Below, in pieces: positions 48,384 to 57,580 of a stretch of 64,000 nt of DNA. Position numbers and translations under genes: made by a program. A model generated the notes under the pieces. The model searched no databases, was not told where the DNA came from, and saw nothing but the letters and a program-made list of their open reading frames with translations. The number at the start of each line of letters is the position of its first letter. Positions within the stretch are counted from its first letter, which is position 1. Origin of the DNA: Candidatus Shapirobacteria bacterium. GTDB lineage: Bacteria; Patescibacteriota; Microgenomatia; UBA12405. Location: assembly GCA_030698565.1 (NCBI GenBank), contig JAUYJS010000003.1, positions 12,187-76,186 on the forward strand, given 5' to 3'.

Positions 48384-49075
48384 AAAAGTCTCAAAAATAG
48401 TGCAGAAAAGACACTAACTATTCCAAACACCATTAATCCAACAGTTGACCCAACACTGCCAGCCTTTGGTAACTCAGCCTGAGTTGTACTAGCTGAAATG
48501 GTTGGTGTGGCAGTTGTAGTTGTAGGGGTTGTGTTGGTTTCTGAACTAGCCGTAATAGTATATGATCCGCTTTGATTAGTTGAACAGTCAATTATATCTA
48601 CACTAGTAGACTTCATAATATTCGAATCAATAGTTGATCCGGTTTGACAAGTAAAATTAACACTGGCAGTACCAGTATTTTTAGCCTTAAAAGTAATCAC
48701 TGCTAAACTTCCAGCCAGGCTTCTATCTTCTACCGTAGTACTATTAGTATCATAAGCACTAAAAGAAAATTTACCTAAAGTATTATCAGATAGTGACTGT
48801 AAATTATCCATAGTAAAAGCAGTACCAGTTGCAGGTTTGGTTATCGAAACAATCTCTAATTTATTGACATCAAAAGTACCCACCACATCCACACCACTAG
48901 CTGTTTCTGTACCACTAGCCACGCCTATAGTCACATCAAAATTTGTACCGTTGACTATTGAAGAGCTAGTCGGAGTTAAAGTTAAATGCGGAGTTGCCAA
49001 AGCCACAGTTGGCGATACAGCAAACGCTAAAAATACCAATCCTACAACTAAATTTAGTTTTATACCTTGTCTCAT
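48380..49075 (-). CDS. Secreted cohesin-like domain protein with a C-terminal LPKAG sorting signal
   Basis: It has a signal peptide. The beta-rich domain (FDVTIGVASGTETASGVDVVGTFDVNKLEIVSI...GSLAVITFKAKNTG) resembles cohesin. It ends with LPKAG plus a hydrophobic stretch and RLL. Confidence 0.45.
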   Translation of the reverse strand: MRQGIKLNLVVGLVFLAFAVSPTVALATPHLTLTPTSSSIVNGTNFDVTIGVASGTETASGVDVVGTFDVNKLEIVSITKPATGTAFTMDNLQSLSDNTLGKFSFSAYDTNSTTVEDRSLAGSLAVITFKAKNTGTASVNFTCQTGSTIDSNIMKSTSVDIIDCSTNQSGSYTITASSETNTTPTTTTATPTISASTTQAELPKAGSVGSTVGLMVFGIVSVFSALFLRLL

Positions 49076-49696
49076 TTATTTAAGAACTTGAACATCTAAT
49101 TTATTGCTCGAGTAAATCAAATTCTTCCCCGTAGCATTCTCTATAAACATAGTAGCAGATTCCTTATTTTCATTACCAGTACTAATTTCAAATTCAAAAT
49201 CCCCCGTCTTTTTGGGTACTACATCAAACTTAATCAAAGGCAATATTTCACTTGCACTTAATTCGACTCCGTTCTTTTCGGAAATTAGATAATTAACCAC
49301 AATTACACTTTGTTTCTCGCTAATTTTACTAAAAGTTGGTTTAGTCAACTTAGAATCAAAAGTTAAACGACTCACAGCAAAAGCTGTTGGATCATATTTA
49401 ATATATATTTCGGCTGTATCTAATGACTGAGTTGTTTTACTAATTAAATTTAATTCCACAGGATATTTTTTTCCAACAACCATACTTTTATTTGGGGTTC
49501 CGAAAATTAGACCTAAAGTTTCTGGCTCAACCACTTTTTTATCTTCAACAACATTTTGAACAACATTAGTTGAAGTATCTGTTTTAACTTGTGGTTTGTT
49601 TTTCTGTTCCAAAGAATTTACCAACACAACACTTTCCAGGATTACTAATATTGCCACTATCGGGATAATAACTCCCATTATTTTTTTTTCTTTCAT
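49076..49696 (-). CDS. Secreted/anchored cohesin-like domain protein
   Basis: It has an N-terminal TM/signal and AEIYIKYDPTAFAVSRLTFD...ILPLIKFDVVPKKTG. Confidence 0.4.
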   Translation of the reverse strand: MKEKKIMGVIIPIVAILVILESVVLVNSLEQKNKPQVKTDTSTNVVQNVVEDKKVVEPETLGLIFGTPNKSMVVGKKYPVELNLISKTTQSLDTAEIYIKYDPTAFAVSRLTFDSKLTKPTFSKISEKQSVIVVNYLISEKNGVELSASEILPLIKFDVVPKKTGDFEFEISTGNENKESATMFIENATGKNLIYSSNKLDVQVLK

Positions 49697-49714
49697 ATTC
49701 TTTCCTTAAAAATT

Positions 49715-51382
49715 TTAATACAACCGATCACTTCTTTGTGATAACGCTACTTTAAAAAGATTCATATCATTAAATGATAATTTACAATTACCATCCAAAT
49801 CACCTGGCATATTATCGCCCGCATTAGCATCCGGAGTACTGCCAATTTTATTCTTTAAGTAAACAAAATCATTTCCATTTATTAAGCCATCCTGACCTGC
49901 TTCTGCTCCTGCCCTAGCTACATCTCCGGAAGAGATTGGTACACCAGAAAAGTCCACGGCTGCGCTGGCAGTATCATTAGTCAAAGTTAATTCACCCACA
50001 TATTTATCATAAAAAGCACTTTGGTTATTTATTCCAAATTTTTCCTGTAAATGTTTTGGCCCTTTTATAAATAGAGAAACATTTTGAGTAAAAGGAAAAT
50101 CTGCCAATCGCAAACTACCCTTGAATACAGCCAAATCACCTTTAGAAGTACCATCTTTAGTAACCACCACACCATCATAAGTTTTTGTCACCCCAGCATT
50201 ATTCATCGCAATTACTTTTACTGGCCAATTTACAGCACAAGCCGAACTAGCAGTTTTAACCCCGCCAAAGGTGACTTTAAAATTTACGAAAGGGAATGAA
50301 GCGTTCGCTGGATCATATATAGAATATGCCTGAGTTTTCGATGCAGTAAAATTAAAAATCACGTTTGGTCCCACGGCTGATGATCTAGCTTGATCAAAAC
50401 TAATATTGCCTGATCCCATACTGGTTCCCATAAAATAAATTATCCCCAATCTAATCGCATCTCCAACTGGCAAATCAGCTTCGGCCAAATCGGATTTAAC
50501 AGACAATTCTAAGCAATTATTACCAACATCTCTTGCATATTCAATTCTAGAAAAGTTAGGATCTAACCAGAATTTATAAAATCGTGGAGATAAATTATTT
50601 CCATAACACACAGTGACCTTGGCTGAATTAACTTTATTTCTATTAGTCTTTAACCATACATTTTGTCCGAATTCAATTCCTACATCATCAACAACGATAC
50701 TATCACTACTATCAAAACCTTCACGACCAAAAGACAAAGAACCATTAACAGTGGTAGTAGTAGGTGCCACAGGATTACTTGCAGGCGGGTTGTTGTTGGC
50801 GACAGGAGCAGCCTCTGAAATCTTATAACTCGTTCCGTTAATCGAGGCCATAGTAATTATTTTATCTAGTTTATCTGGATTCACACCAGTTACTTCAGTT
50901 TTTTCAGAAATCAAATCTATTGCGCCAGTACTTACTTTTAAGGCTTTAAATTGAACAGTAACAGCATTAAATACTGTACTAACATTTGAATTACTAGGAT
51001 TTGTATTGAGTAAAGTAATATCTAAACATTTTTTATTAGCGTAATCGATCGGACTATCAGGAATTAAAACGGTATCAAAAGAAGGATCTGTAATAATTGC
51101 TTGTCCTTGACCTTTTGCATAAGACAAATTAGCAGGATCATAACAAAGATAGGTACTCAAAGCGGTCACTTTAGCATTTTTTGGGTCAACTTTAATAACA
51201 ACATTTACATACCCACCCACGGTTCCAGGAATCTCAGTTTCAGGAGCTAACCACATTTTCCCGTCAGAGATAAATGCCGCTCCCCTTCTAGTATCCTGGT
51301 TTTTTTTAACTAAATTAATCGAAACAGCCAACCCTAAGGCTATAATAAAAGTAGTTATTAAAATTGTTTTTTTACTTTTCAT
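49715..51382 (-). CDS. Secreted multidomain protein with a cohesin-like N-terminal domain and C-terminal dockerin-like repeats
   Basis: It has a signal peptide and VNVVIKVDPKNAKVTALSTYLCYDPANLSY. The C-terminus carries GQDGLINGNDFVYL and GDLDGNCKLSFNDMNLF. Confidence 0.45.
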   Translation of the reverse strand: MKSKKTILITTFIIALGLAVSINLVKKNQDTRRGAAFISDGKMWLAPETEIPGTVGGYVNVVIKVDPKNAKVTALSTYLCYDPANLSYAKGQGQAIITDPSFDTVLIPDSPIDYANKKCLDITLLNTNPSNSNVSTVFNAVTVQFKALKVSTGAIDLISEKTEVTGVNPDKLDKIITMASINGTSYKISEAAPVANNNPPASNPVAPTTTTVNGSLSFGREGFDSSDSIVVDDVGIEFGQNVWLKTNRNKVNSAKVTVCYGNNLSPRFYKFWLDPNFSRIEYARDVGNNCLELSVKSDLAEADLPVGDAIRLGIIYFMGTSMGSGNISFDQARSSAVGPNVIFNFTASKTQAYSIYDPANASFPFVNFKVTFGGVKTASSACAVNWPVKVIAMNNAGVTKTYDGVVVTKDGTSKGDLAVFKGSLRLADFPFTQNVSLFIKGPKHLQEKFGINNQSAFYDKYVGELTLTNDTASAAVDFSGVPISSGDVARAGAEAGQDGLINGNDFVYLKNKIGSTPDANAGDNMPGDLDGNCKLSFNDMNLFKVALSQRSDRLY

Positions 51383-51384
51383 TA

Positions 51385-53244
51385 TTATTTTAATTTATTT
51401 TCTAACCAGATAGCAAAATCGACTAAACTTACATACCCATCACAATTAGCATCAGCTTGGTAATTATTCTTAATAACCTTTCGTCCATCTCCCGTATATT
51501 CACCTACCCAAATATCAAAATCAGACTTATCAGCTTTTGCACTTGTACAACTAAAACGACCACTTTTTCTCTTAATATTGTCAGAATCGTTAGCGCAAGG
51601 GGTGCAAACTGCCGCTACCGGATGATCTAACTTACAACCATTCTCACTTGTGTAACAATCTTTATCGCCTCCACAATTTTTACAATTTCCACCAACGGCT
51701 AATTCACTACAGACCGTCCCTGTATACACCCATCTTTTGTCAGTCAGTGCCACCGAACTACTCGTTCCTGTACAATTTATGGTTCCTGATTGATTAGTTT
51801 GATCAGTTTCATTAATTTTGCAACATACATAATTTTTATTACTACAAGTACCTGTCACTTTAGATCCTTCAGCAGCACATATTGGCGCACCCATACAAAT
51901 AGATCCAGACGGGCAACTGTCTGCTACTGGTGCTACCGGATGATCTAACTTACAACCATTCTCAGTGGTGTAACAATCTTTATCGCCACCACAATTTTTA
52001 CAATTTCCACCAACGGCTAATTCACTACAGACCGTCCCTGTATACACCCATCTTTTGTCAGTCAGTGCCACCGAACTACTCGTTCCTGTACAATTTATTG
52101 CCGCTACTGTTGCAACACAAACACCACTCGCATTTCTAGTTAGAGGTGCCACACATTTATCTACACAATCCCCAGTTGTTCCAGTTAACTGTTTAAAATC
52201 TTTCCCTTTATTAGTACACACTTCCGGTGCTAATTGACTATTACAAACCCGGCTACCACCACTACCACTACATTCACATTTGTATGGTCCTCCATCACTT
52301 GAAAATTGTCCACAAGCCGTTCCACCAAAACACTGAGTGCAATCTGCGGCGGTTGCGGTCGTCTGCCCCACTCCATTCTGATTGTCTGTAGGACAAACTT
52401 GCGGCTTTGCTGAGCAAGTAAATCTCACCCCTTCTTCAACATCTACAGTGTCATTTGGGTTATTACATTTTGGACAATATTTTTCTACAAGCTCTACTAA
52501 CTTCTTCTGATAACTATCAACATAAATCTTACATTGCGATTCTGCGTCATAACATGTAAATACACCACATGGACCAGTGTCACTAACAGAAGTCTGCTCA
52601 TAGCTAATACAACTTTTATCATCTTTACTATACCAATAGGTTTTTCCTACTCTGTTACCAACATCAGTTGGAGCCACACATTTCCCACCAGTACAAGTCA
52701 AACCAACTTGGCAAGTAGTTTGAGATAACCCAGCTGTACAGGCTTCATTTTCAGCCGCTGGATGAGCTTGTTGACAACCACTTAATGCTGTATAGCACTC
52801 AACTTTACTTTTATCATTAGGATAGCAACCTAAACAATTACTAACCGGTCCACTAGTACATACATTATTAATAACTTGAAATCTCGTTTCAGTTAGCGGA
52901 ATTTTTGGATTATCACAAGTTGTTGATGCTGGTGGTTGTACCACCACACCGCCTGCTGCTGGTTGTGCTTCTGGAGTACAGTTCCTTCTCGTCTCTGCTG
53001 TTACATCCCTTTCTTGACAACCAGCAGGTAAAATTGATTTTATTTGCCTTGTTTGAAAACCAGAAGGATAACAAATTCCCCATTGATCAAAAAAAGTATA
53101 GTCGCAAGCTACTGTCGCCTTGCTTCTATTCTCCTGATTATTCTGCACTAATTTTGTCATCGCCGGCAAGGCAACCGCCATCAACAACAAGCCAACCATT
53201 ATAGGAATTTGAGCGAAACCAGCAATTTTTTTAAATTTAGCCAT
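51385..53244 (-). CDS. Secreted Cys-rich repeat protein with a dockerin-like C-terminus; it contains a recent 106-codon tandem duplication
   Basis: It has a signal peptide and more than 60 Cys. The module INCTGTSSSVALTDKRWVYTGTVCSELAVGGNCKNCGGDKDCYT.ENGCKLDHPVA occurs twice and is nearly identical at the DNA level. The C-terminus reads DANCDGYVSLVDFAIWLENKL. Confidence 0.4.
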   Translation of the reverse strand: MAKFKKIAGFAQIPIMVGLLLMAVALPAMTKLVQNNQENRSKATVACDYTFFDQWGICYPSGFQTRQIKSILPAGCQERDVTAETRRNCTPEAQPAAGGVVVQPPASTTCDNPKIPLTETRFQVINNVCTSGPVSNCLGCYPNDKSKVECYTALSGCQQAHPAAENEACTAGLSQTTCQVGLTCTGGKCVAPTDVGNRVGKTYWYSKDDKSCISYEQTSVSDTGPCGVFTCYDAESQCKIYVDSYQKKLVELVEKYCPKCNNPNDTVDVEEGVRFTCSAKPQVCPTDNQNGVGQTTATAADCTQCFGGTACGQFSSDGGPYKCECSGSGGSRVCNSQLAPEVCTNKGKDFKQLTGTTGDCVDKCVAPLTRNASGVCVATVAAINCTGTSSSVALTDKRWVYTGTVCSELAVGGNCKNCGGDKDCYTTENGCKLDHPVAPVADSCPSGSICMGAPICAAEGSKVTGTCSNKNYVCCKINETDQTNQSGTINCTGTSSSVALTDKRWVYTGTVCSELAVGGNCKNCGGDKDCYTSENGCKLDHPVAAVCTPCANDSDNIKRKSGRFSCTSAKADKSDFDIWVGEYTGDGRKVIKNNYQADANCDGYVSLVDFAIWLENKLK

Positions 53245-53363
53245 GTATATAATTTATATAAAAATATATCCGATATATCAGTTAAGCACTTGCCAAAAAC
53301 CACGTCAATGTATCAAATGTAAGAATAGGGAAAAATCAGAACAAACGTATATAAAAATTATAT

Positions 53364-54452
53364 TTATTTTCTAAATATTCTCATCACATCTCCAGCCGTT
53401 ATCAACAATATCAAACTCAAAAGAATCAGCATTCCAACATTATTCACCGCCATTTCAACTTTTTGGTTAGCTCTTTTTCTAAAAATCATTTCATAAATCA
53501 CAAAAATAATTCTGCCACCATCCAATGCCGGAAACGGCAATATATTCACTACCGCCAAGTTAACCGACACAACTCCAAAAAAATGAACCAAAGCCAACAT
53601 TCCTTGGCTTTTTTTGATACTACTTGTCGCCTCAAACATTCCAATCGGACCACTCACATCTTTGGGTATCTGACCCATTAATAATTTTTGGACCATACTG
53701 CCAACCCCACCACCTATAATTTTTCCCCAAAAAAAGGCTTCTTTAAACCCAGCCCCAATACCTTTATAAAACTGATACCAAGGCACTTTTACCATTTCTG
53801 TATTGGAAATTGCTACCCCCATACCCCCCTCGCCCTGCGGTGGATTCTCCCTTATACCTATATTAATTTGTTGATCTTGATTGTTTCTTTTTATATCCAA
53901 AGACACAGTCTTACCTTTAAATTTAGCTACCTCAGAAGTTAATTCACTTGGGTTAGTAACCACTTTAGAATCCACTTTATATATCTGGTCATCTTCTTTT
54001 AGTCCAGCTATCTCAGCCGGAGAATTTTGGGCTATTCCCACAATTTTTACCCTATCTGTTTCCTGGGGAACCCCTAATATTGCATAAACAAAACTAAAAA
54101 TAACAATTGCCAGCACCAAATTCATCAACACTCCGCCCAATACTATTATTAATTTTTGCCATGGATTTTTATTATTAAAAGCAATACCACCTTTACCACC
54201 ACCGTCCTCTCCGTACAATCTACAAAATCCACCGATTGGTAGTAAATTTAAACTAAAGGTGGTCTTGCCAATTTTCTTACCAAAAATTTTCGGTGGTAAT
54301 CCCAAACCAAACTCTTCTACCCTAACCCCAGTTTTAATGGCTGCAATAAAATGCCCAAATTCATGAACCAAAACTAAAATTGACAGAGCAACAATAAAAA
54401 TTAAAATATCCATATAATTATCCCCTAACTTCCACCTCTTTTTTCTTAGCAA
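53364..54452 (-). CDS. rseP: RseP / site-2 protease (M50 zinc metalloprotease with PDZ)
   Basis: It has HEFGH in TM1, a PDZ domain, and a C-terminal TM segment with LDGG. Confidence 0.85.
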   Translation of the reverse strand: MLRKKRWKLGDNYMDILIFIVALSILVLVHEFGHFIAAIKTGVRVEEFGLGLPPKIFGKKIGKTTFSLNLLPIGGFCRLYGEDGGGKGGIAFNNKNPWQKLIIVLGGVLMNLVLAIVIFSFVYAILGVPQETDRVKIVGIAQNSPAEIAGLKEDDQIYKVDSKVVTNPSELTSEVAKFKGKTVSLDIKRNNQDQQINIGIRENPPQGEGGMGVAISNTEMVKVPWYQFYKGIGAGFKEAFFWGKIIGGGVGSMVQKLLMGQIPKDVSGPIGMFEATSSIKKSQGMLALVHFFGVVSVNLAVVNILPFPALDGGRIIFVIYEMIFRKRANQKVEMAVNNVGMLILLSLILLITAGDVMRIFRK

Positions 54453-54969
54453 TTTCTTCTAATTTACCAATATACTGATCAGTTGTTTTTTGTAATTCTA
54501 CTTCGTCTCTCTTAAATTCGTCTTCAGAAATAGTTTTATCCTGTTTTGCATCTTGCAAACCTTTTCTAAAATCTGCCCTAGCATCGCGAGTCATTACTCT
54601 AGCCGCCTCTAATTTTCTACCCAAAAGCTTAATATATTCTTCCCTTTGTTCCGACGTTAACATCGGCAAATTCATTCTAATTAATTGCCCATCGATAGCC
54701 GGTGTCAACCCCACATTTGCCGCCGCAATTCCATTAGAAATTTCTCGTATTGCCGCCTCATCCCATGGTTGAAAAGTCAATGATCGAACATCGGGCACAC
54801 CAATCGAGCCAAGTTCTACCAATTTCATTTTTTGACCACCATACACACTCACCACTACATTTTCAATCAAACCCGGAGTCGCCCGTCCAGTCCGAATTGA
54901 AGCAATATCAGTAGAGAATAATTCCACAATCTTGTCCATTCTTTGCTTCACTTTTTGAAAATCAATCAT
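54418..54969 (-). CDS. frr: Ribosome recycling factor
   Basis: The N-terminus is MIDFQKVKQRMDKIVELFSTDIASIRTGRATP. Confidence 0.9.
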   Translation of the reverse strand: MIDFQKVKQRMDKIVELFSTDIASIRTGRATPGLIENVVVSVYGGQKMKLVELGSIGVPDVRSLTFQPWDEAAIREISNGIAAANVGLTPAIDGQLIRMNLPMLTSEQREEYIKLLGRKLEAARVMTRDARADFRKGLQDAKQDKTISEDEFKRDEVELQKTTDQYIGKLEEIAKKKEVEVRG

Positions 54970-54996
54970 ATTTCAAATTATACCAAAATGTTTCCG

Positions 54997-55683
54997 TACG
55001 GGCGATTCATGAATCGCCCCTACATTTAAAATTTTTCGGATTATTTCTATCTCTTTCCCACATTATCGGATTCATTCTTATATATTCTCTAATTTTTTTT
55101 AACTCAATTTCGTTTCTAACGATATGTTCATAATAATTCCGTTGCCAAACAAACATTCCAATCTCTCTAGATGCATTCATTTTCAAATATCCGATAATTT
55201 TTGACAACATCGATCTCTTCGGTAGGGGCGATTCATGAATCGCCCTGTTTAATTTCCTAATTGATCCATTTATCAATTTGGGCGATTCATGAATCGCCCC
55301 TACATTTTTTATTATTAAAATTAAATGAATATGATTGGGCATTATCTGAAAAATATCCATTACCAAATCAAATCTTGCCTCTAATTTTATTAACCAATTT
55401 TCAATTATTAAACCATTATTATTCGAGATCATCTTGCCATTAATAATGGCACCAAACATTTGCCTTCTTTCAAATGAACATATGGTTATAAAATAATATC
55501 CTCCGCCTGAATAATTCCATTTTTTTAACCGGATTGACCTACGGTGATAATCCATATGTAATAATTATTACATATTATTATTTGTACGGGCGATTCATGA
55601 ATCGCCCCTACCCGTCATCCCGAATTTATTTCGGGATCTAAATCCCGCATTCCTTTTTTGGGCGATTCATGAATCGCCCCTAC
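54997..55683. repeat. Five copies of REP family A surrounding and inside RAYT gene 1
   Basis: The copies are at 54997-55023, 55222-55247, 55279-55303, 55585-55612 and 55659-55683. Each contains GGGCGATTCATGAATCGCCC. Confidence 0.8.
55007..55555 (-). CDS. REP-associated tyrosine transposase (RAYT, IS200/IS605-like HUH), copy 1, with REP-A sequences translated in frame
   Basis: It has YYFITICSFERRQMFG (motif I), MPNHIHLIL (HUH) and WQRNYYEHIVRNEIELKKIREYIRMNP (catalytic Tyr region). GAIHESP occurs twice, and the C-terminal CRGDS is encoded by REP-A copies. Confidence 0.75.
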   Translation of the reverse strand: MDYHRRSIRLKKWNYSGGGYYFITICSFERRQMFGAIINGKMISNNNGLIIENWLIKLEARFDLVMDIFQIMPNHIHLILIIKNVGAIHESPKLINGSIRKLNRAIHESPLPKRSMLSKIIGYLKMNASREIGMFVWQRNYYEHIVRNEIELKKIREYIRMNPIMWERDRNNPKNFKCRGDS

Positions 55684-55692
55684 AAATTTATT

Positions 55693-56151
55693 TTAAATCT
55701 CAAACCTAGCAATTCGGCCTAATTTTATATTTTCACCAAATTTTGCATTCAAAGCTTTAATCAAGTCGTCTACTGTTTTAGAAGAATCTTTCACAAAGTC
55801 TTGTTTTAATAATTCTTCTGGTGTTTCCGGATTCATAGCAGCCACCTGTAAACATAATTCTCTGGATAAATTTACAAACTCTTCATTTTTGGCCACAAAA
55901 TCGGTTTCGCACAACAACTCCACCATGGTTCCAATCTTACCTGTTGAATGGGTATAAGTAGCAACTCTGCCCTGATGTGTTTCTTTTTCCGCTCTTTTTT
56001 CAGCTTTTTTAAATCCTCTTTCTTTTAAAATTTTCTTGGCTGACTCTTCATTTCCCTCAGCTTCTTCCAAAGCCGACTTAATTTCCATAATCCCCAAACC
56101 CATTTCTTCTCTTAATTTTTTGACTAATTCAATTATTTTTTTATTATCCAT
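55693..56151 (-). CDS. tsf: Elongation factor Ts (short form)
   Basis: It has an N-terminal UBA-like LVKKLREEMGLGIMEIKSALEEAEGN, in 152 aa. Confidence 0.8.
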   Translation of the reverse strand: MDNKKIIELVKKLREEMGLGIMEIKSALEEAEGNEESAKKILKERGFKKAEKRAEKETHQGRVATYTHSTGKIGTMVELLCETDFVAKNEEFVNLSRELCLQVAAMNPETPEELLKQDFVKDSSKTVDDLIKALNAKFGENIKLGRIARFEI

Positions 56152-56155
56152 AATT

Positions 56156-57076
56156 TTATTTTACTCCAGCCGCTTTAATAGCTCTTCCAATTTCTTCAAT
56201 AATCAGATTGACACTCTTTACACTATCGTCATTAGTTGGAATAGCAAAATCAACTTTCAAAGGATTACTATCAGTATCCACCATAGCTACGGTCTTGATA
56301 CCCTTACCAATAGCTTCTTTGACGGCTGTTTTTTCAAATCCAGCATCAACTACAAATAAAATATCAAAAAGTTTATCTAAAGTGCTCAAGCCGCCAACAA
56401 TTTTTTCTAATCTAATAATTTCCTTGCTCATCTCCAAAAGTTCTTTTTTAGTATTTTCAGTAAACTTTCCTTTCGCTATACCATCTTTTAGATCGTTCAA
56501 TTTTTTGATATTTTTCTTGATCTGTTCCCAATTGGAAATAGTACCACCCAACCATCTGTCGGTAACATAAGGCACACCAGCATCCATAGCTACTCTTCGA
56601 ACTACTTCTCTAGCTTGTCTCTTTGTACCAACCAATACTATTTGTTTACCATTTCTCTTAGCATTGTAAATAAAATTACATGCTCTTTCTAAATTAGATA
56701 AAGTCTTGGTTAAATCTAAAATTTCAATTCCATCTTTTTTGATATAAATATAGTCACGGAATTTAGGATGAGTTTTAGAAACCTTATGACCCAAATGGCA
56801 ACCAGCCGCCAATAAATCTTTTAAACCAATTGTTAAATTATATTTTTTATCAATTTTAGTCTCTTCACCAGTTTTTTTTACTTCTTTTACTTCGCTCGAA
56901 ACTTCTGCAGCCTTTGCCAACGCGATCTTTTCTGCCTGCACCTTTTCATTTAATTTCTTGATATTTTCAGCTGTAACATTACTTTGATTCTTAGCTTTAA
57001 CTACCAAAGCTTTCTTCACCATCGATTTACCGGTTCGATTAACGGTTTTTACTATTACTTTCTTTTTTTCTGCCAT
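56156..57076 (-). CDS. rpsB: 30S ribosomal protein S2 with a Lys-rich N-terminal extension
   Basis: It has LLAAGCHLGHKVSKTHPKF and a conserved core. Confidence 0.9.
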   Translation of the reverse strand: MAEKKKVIVKTVNRTGKSMVKKALVVKAKNQSNVTAENIKKLNEKVQAEKIALAKAAEVSSEVKEVKKTGEETKIDKKYNLTIGLKDLLAAGCHLGHKVSKTHPKFRDYIYIKKDGIEILDLTKTLSNLERACNFIYNAKRNGKQIVLVGTKRQAREVVRRVAMDAGVPYVTDRWLGGTISNWEQIKKNIKKLNDLKDGIAKGKFTENTKKELLEMSKEIIRLEKIVGGLSTLDKLFDILFVVDAGFEKTAVKEAIGKGIKTVAMVDTDSNPLKVDFAIPTNDDSVKSVNLIIEEIGRAIKAAGVK

Positions 57077-57185
57077 ATTTTCCTTATTAATAAAATTTGA
57101 CCAGGGTTTAAATAACCCAGGATAAATTTAGTCAAATCTTTGAAAATTTATAATTTAGGAATTATAGCACAAGATTGGTCTATTT

Positions 57186-57413
57186 TTAGCCGCCAAAATT
57201 CCCTGTTAACAACTTTCCAGTAGTTTTAAATTTCTCTGACCGACCACTACTAGAAGGTACTTTTACATAAACCTCAGCAGCTGTATCAGTCGGATGGCCT
57301 GCTTCTTTAAGTAATTTATGTCCCGATTTAGCCGCATTTAATAATGCATTTTTCAAAGGAGAGTCTGACATTTCTGGAATACCATTAAATATTTCACCAT
57401 TACCTTCTGTCAT
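57186..57413 (-). CDS. Hypothetical small protein (start taken at the internal Met, MTEGNGEIF)
   Basis: The upstream part of the longer ORF is a G/T-rich low-complexity tract and is unlikely to be coding. Confidence 0.3.
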   Translation of the reverse strand: MTEGNGEIFNGIPEMSDSPLKNALLNAAKSGHKLLKEAGHPTDTAAEVYVKVPSSSGRSEKFKTTGKLLTGNFGG

Positions 57414-57580
57414 ATTTTTTTGTTTTTTAAAATCTAATAATAAAAAAGTATATACACTATATATAGTAAAAATCAAGATATCATCCAAATCAAAACTAGG
57501 GAAAATAAACACAAACACACAACAACCTGAAAAACACCAAAACAAAAAAACAAAACAAACTCCCAAATTCAGGAAAAGAA

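Noticed and set aside
54997-55683. Possible CRISPR array suggested by repeated GGGCGATTCATGAATCGCCC units
   Set aside because: The units are perfect palindromes with irregular spacing (about 30-300 nt). Some lie inside an ORF, and there are no cas genes. These fit REP elements, not CRISPR repeats.
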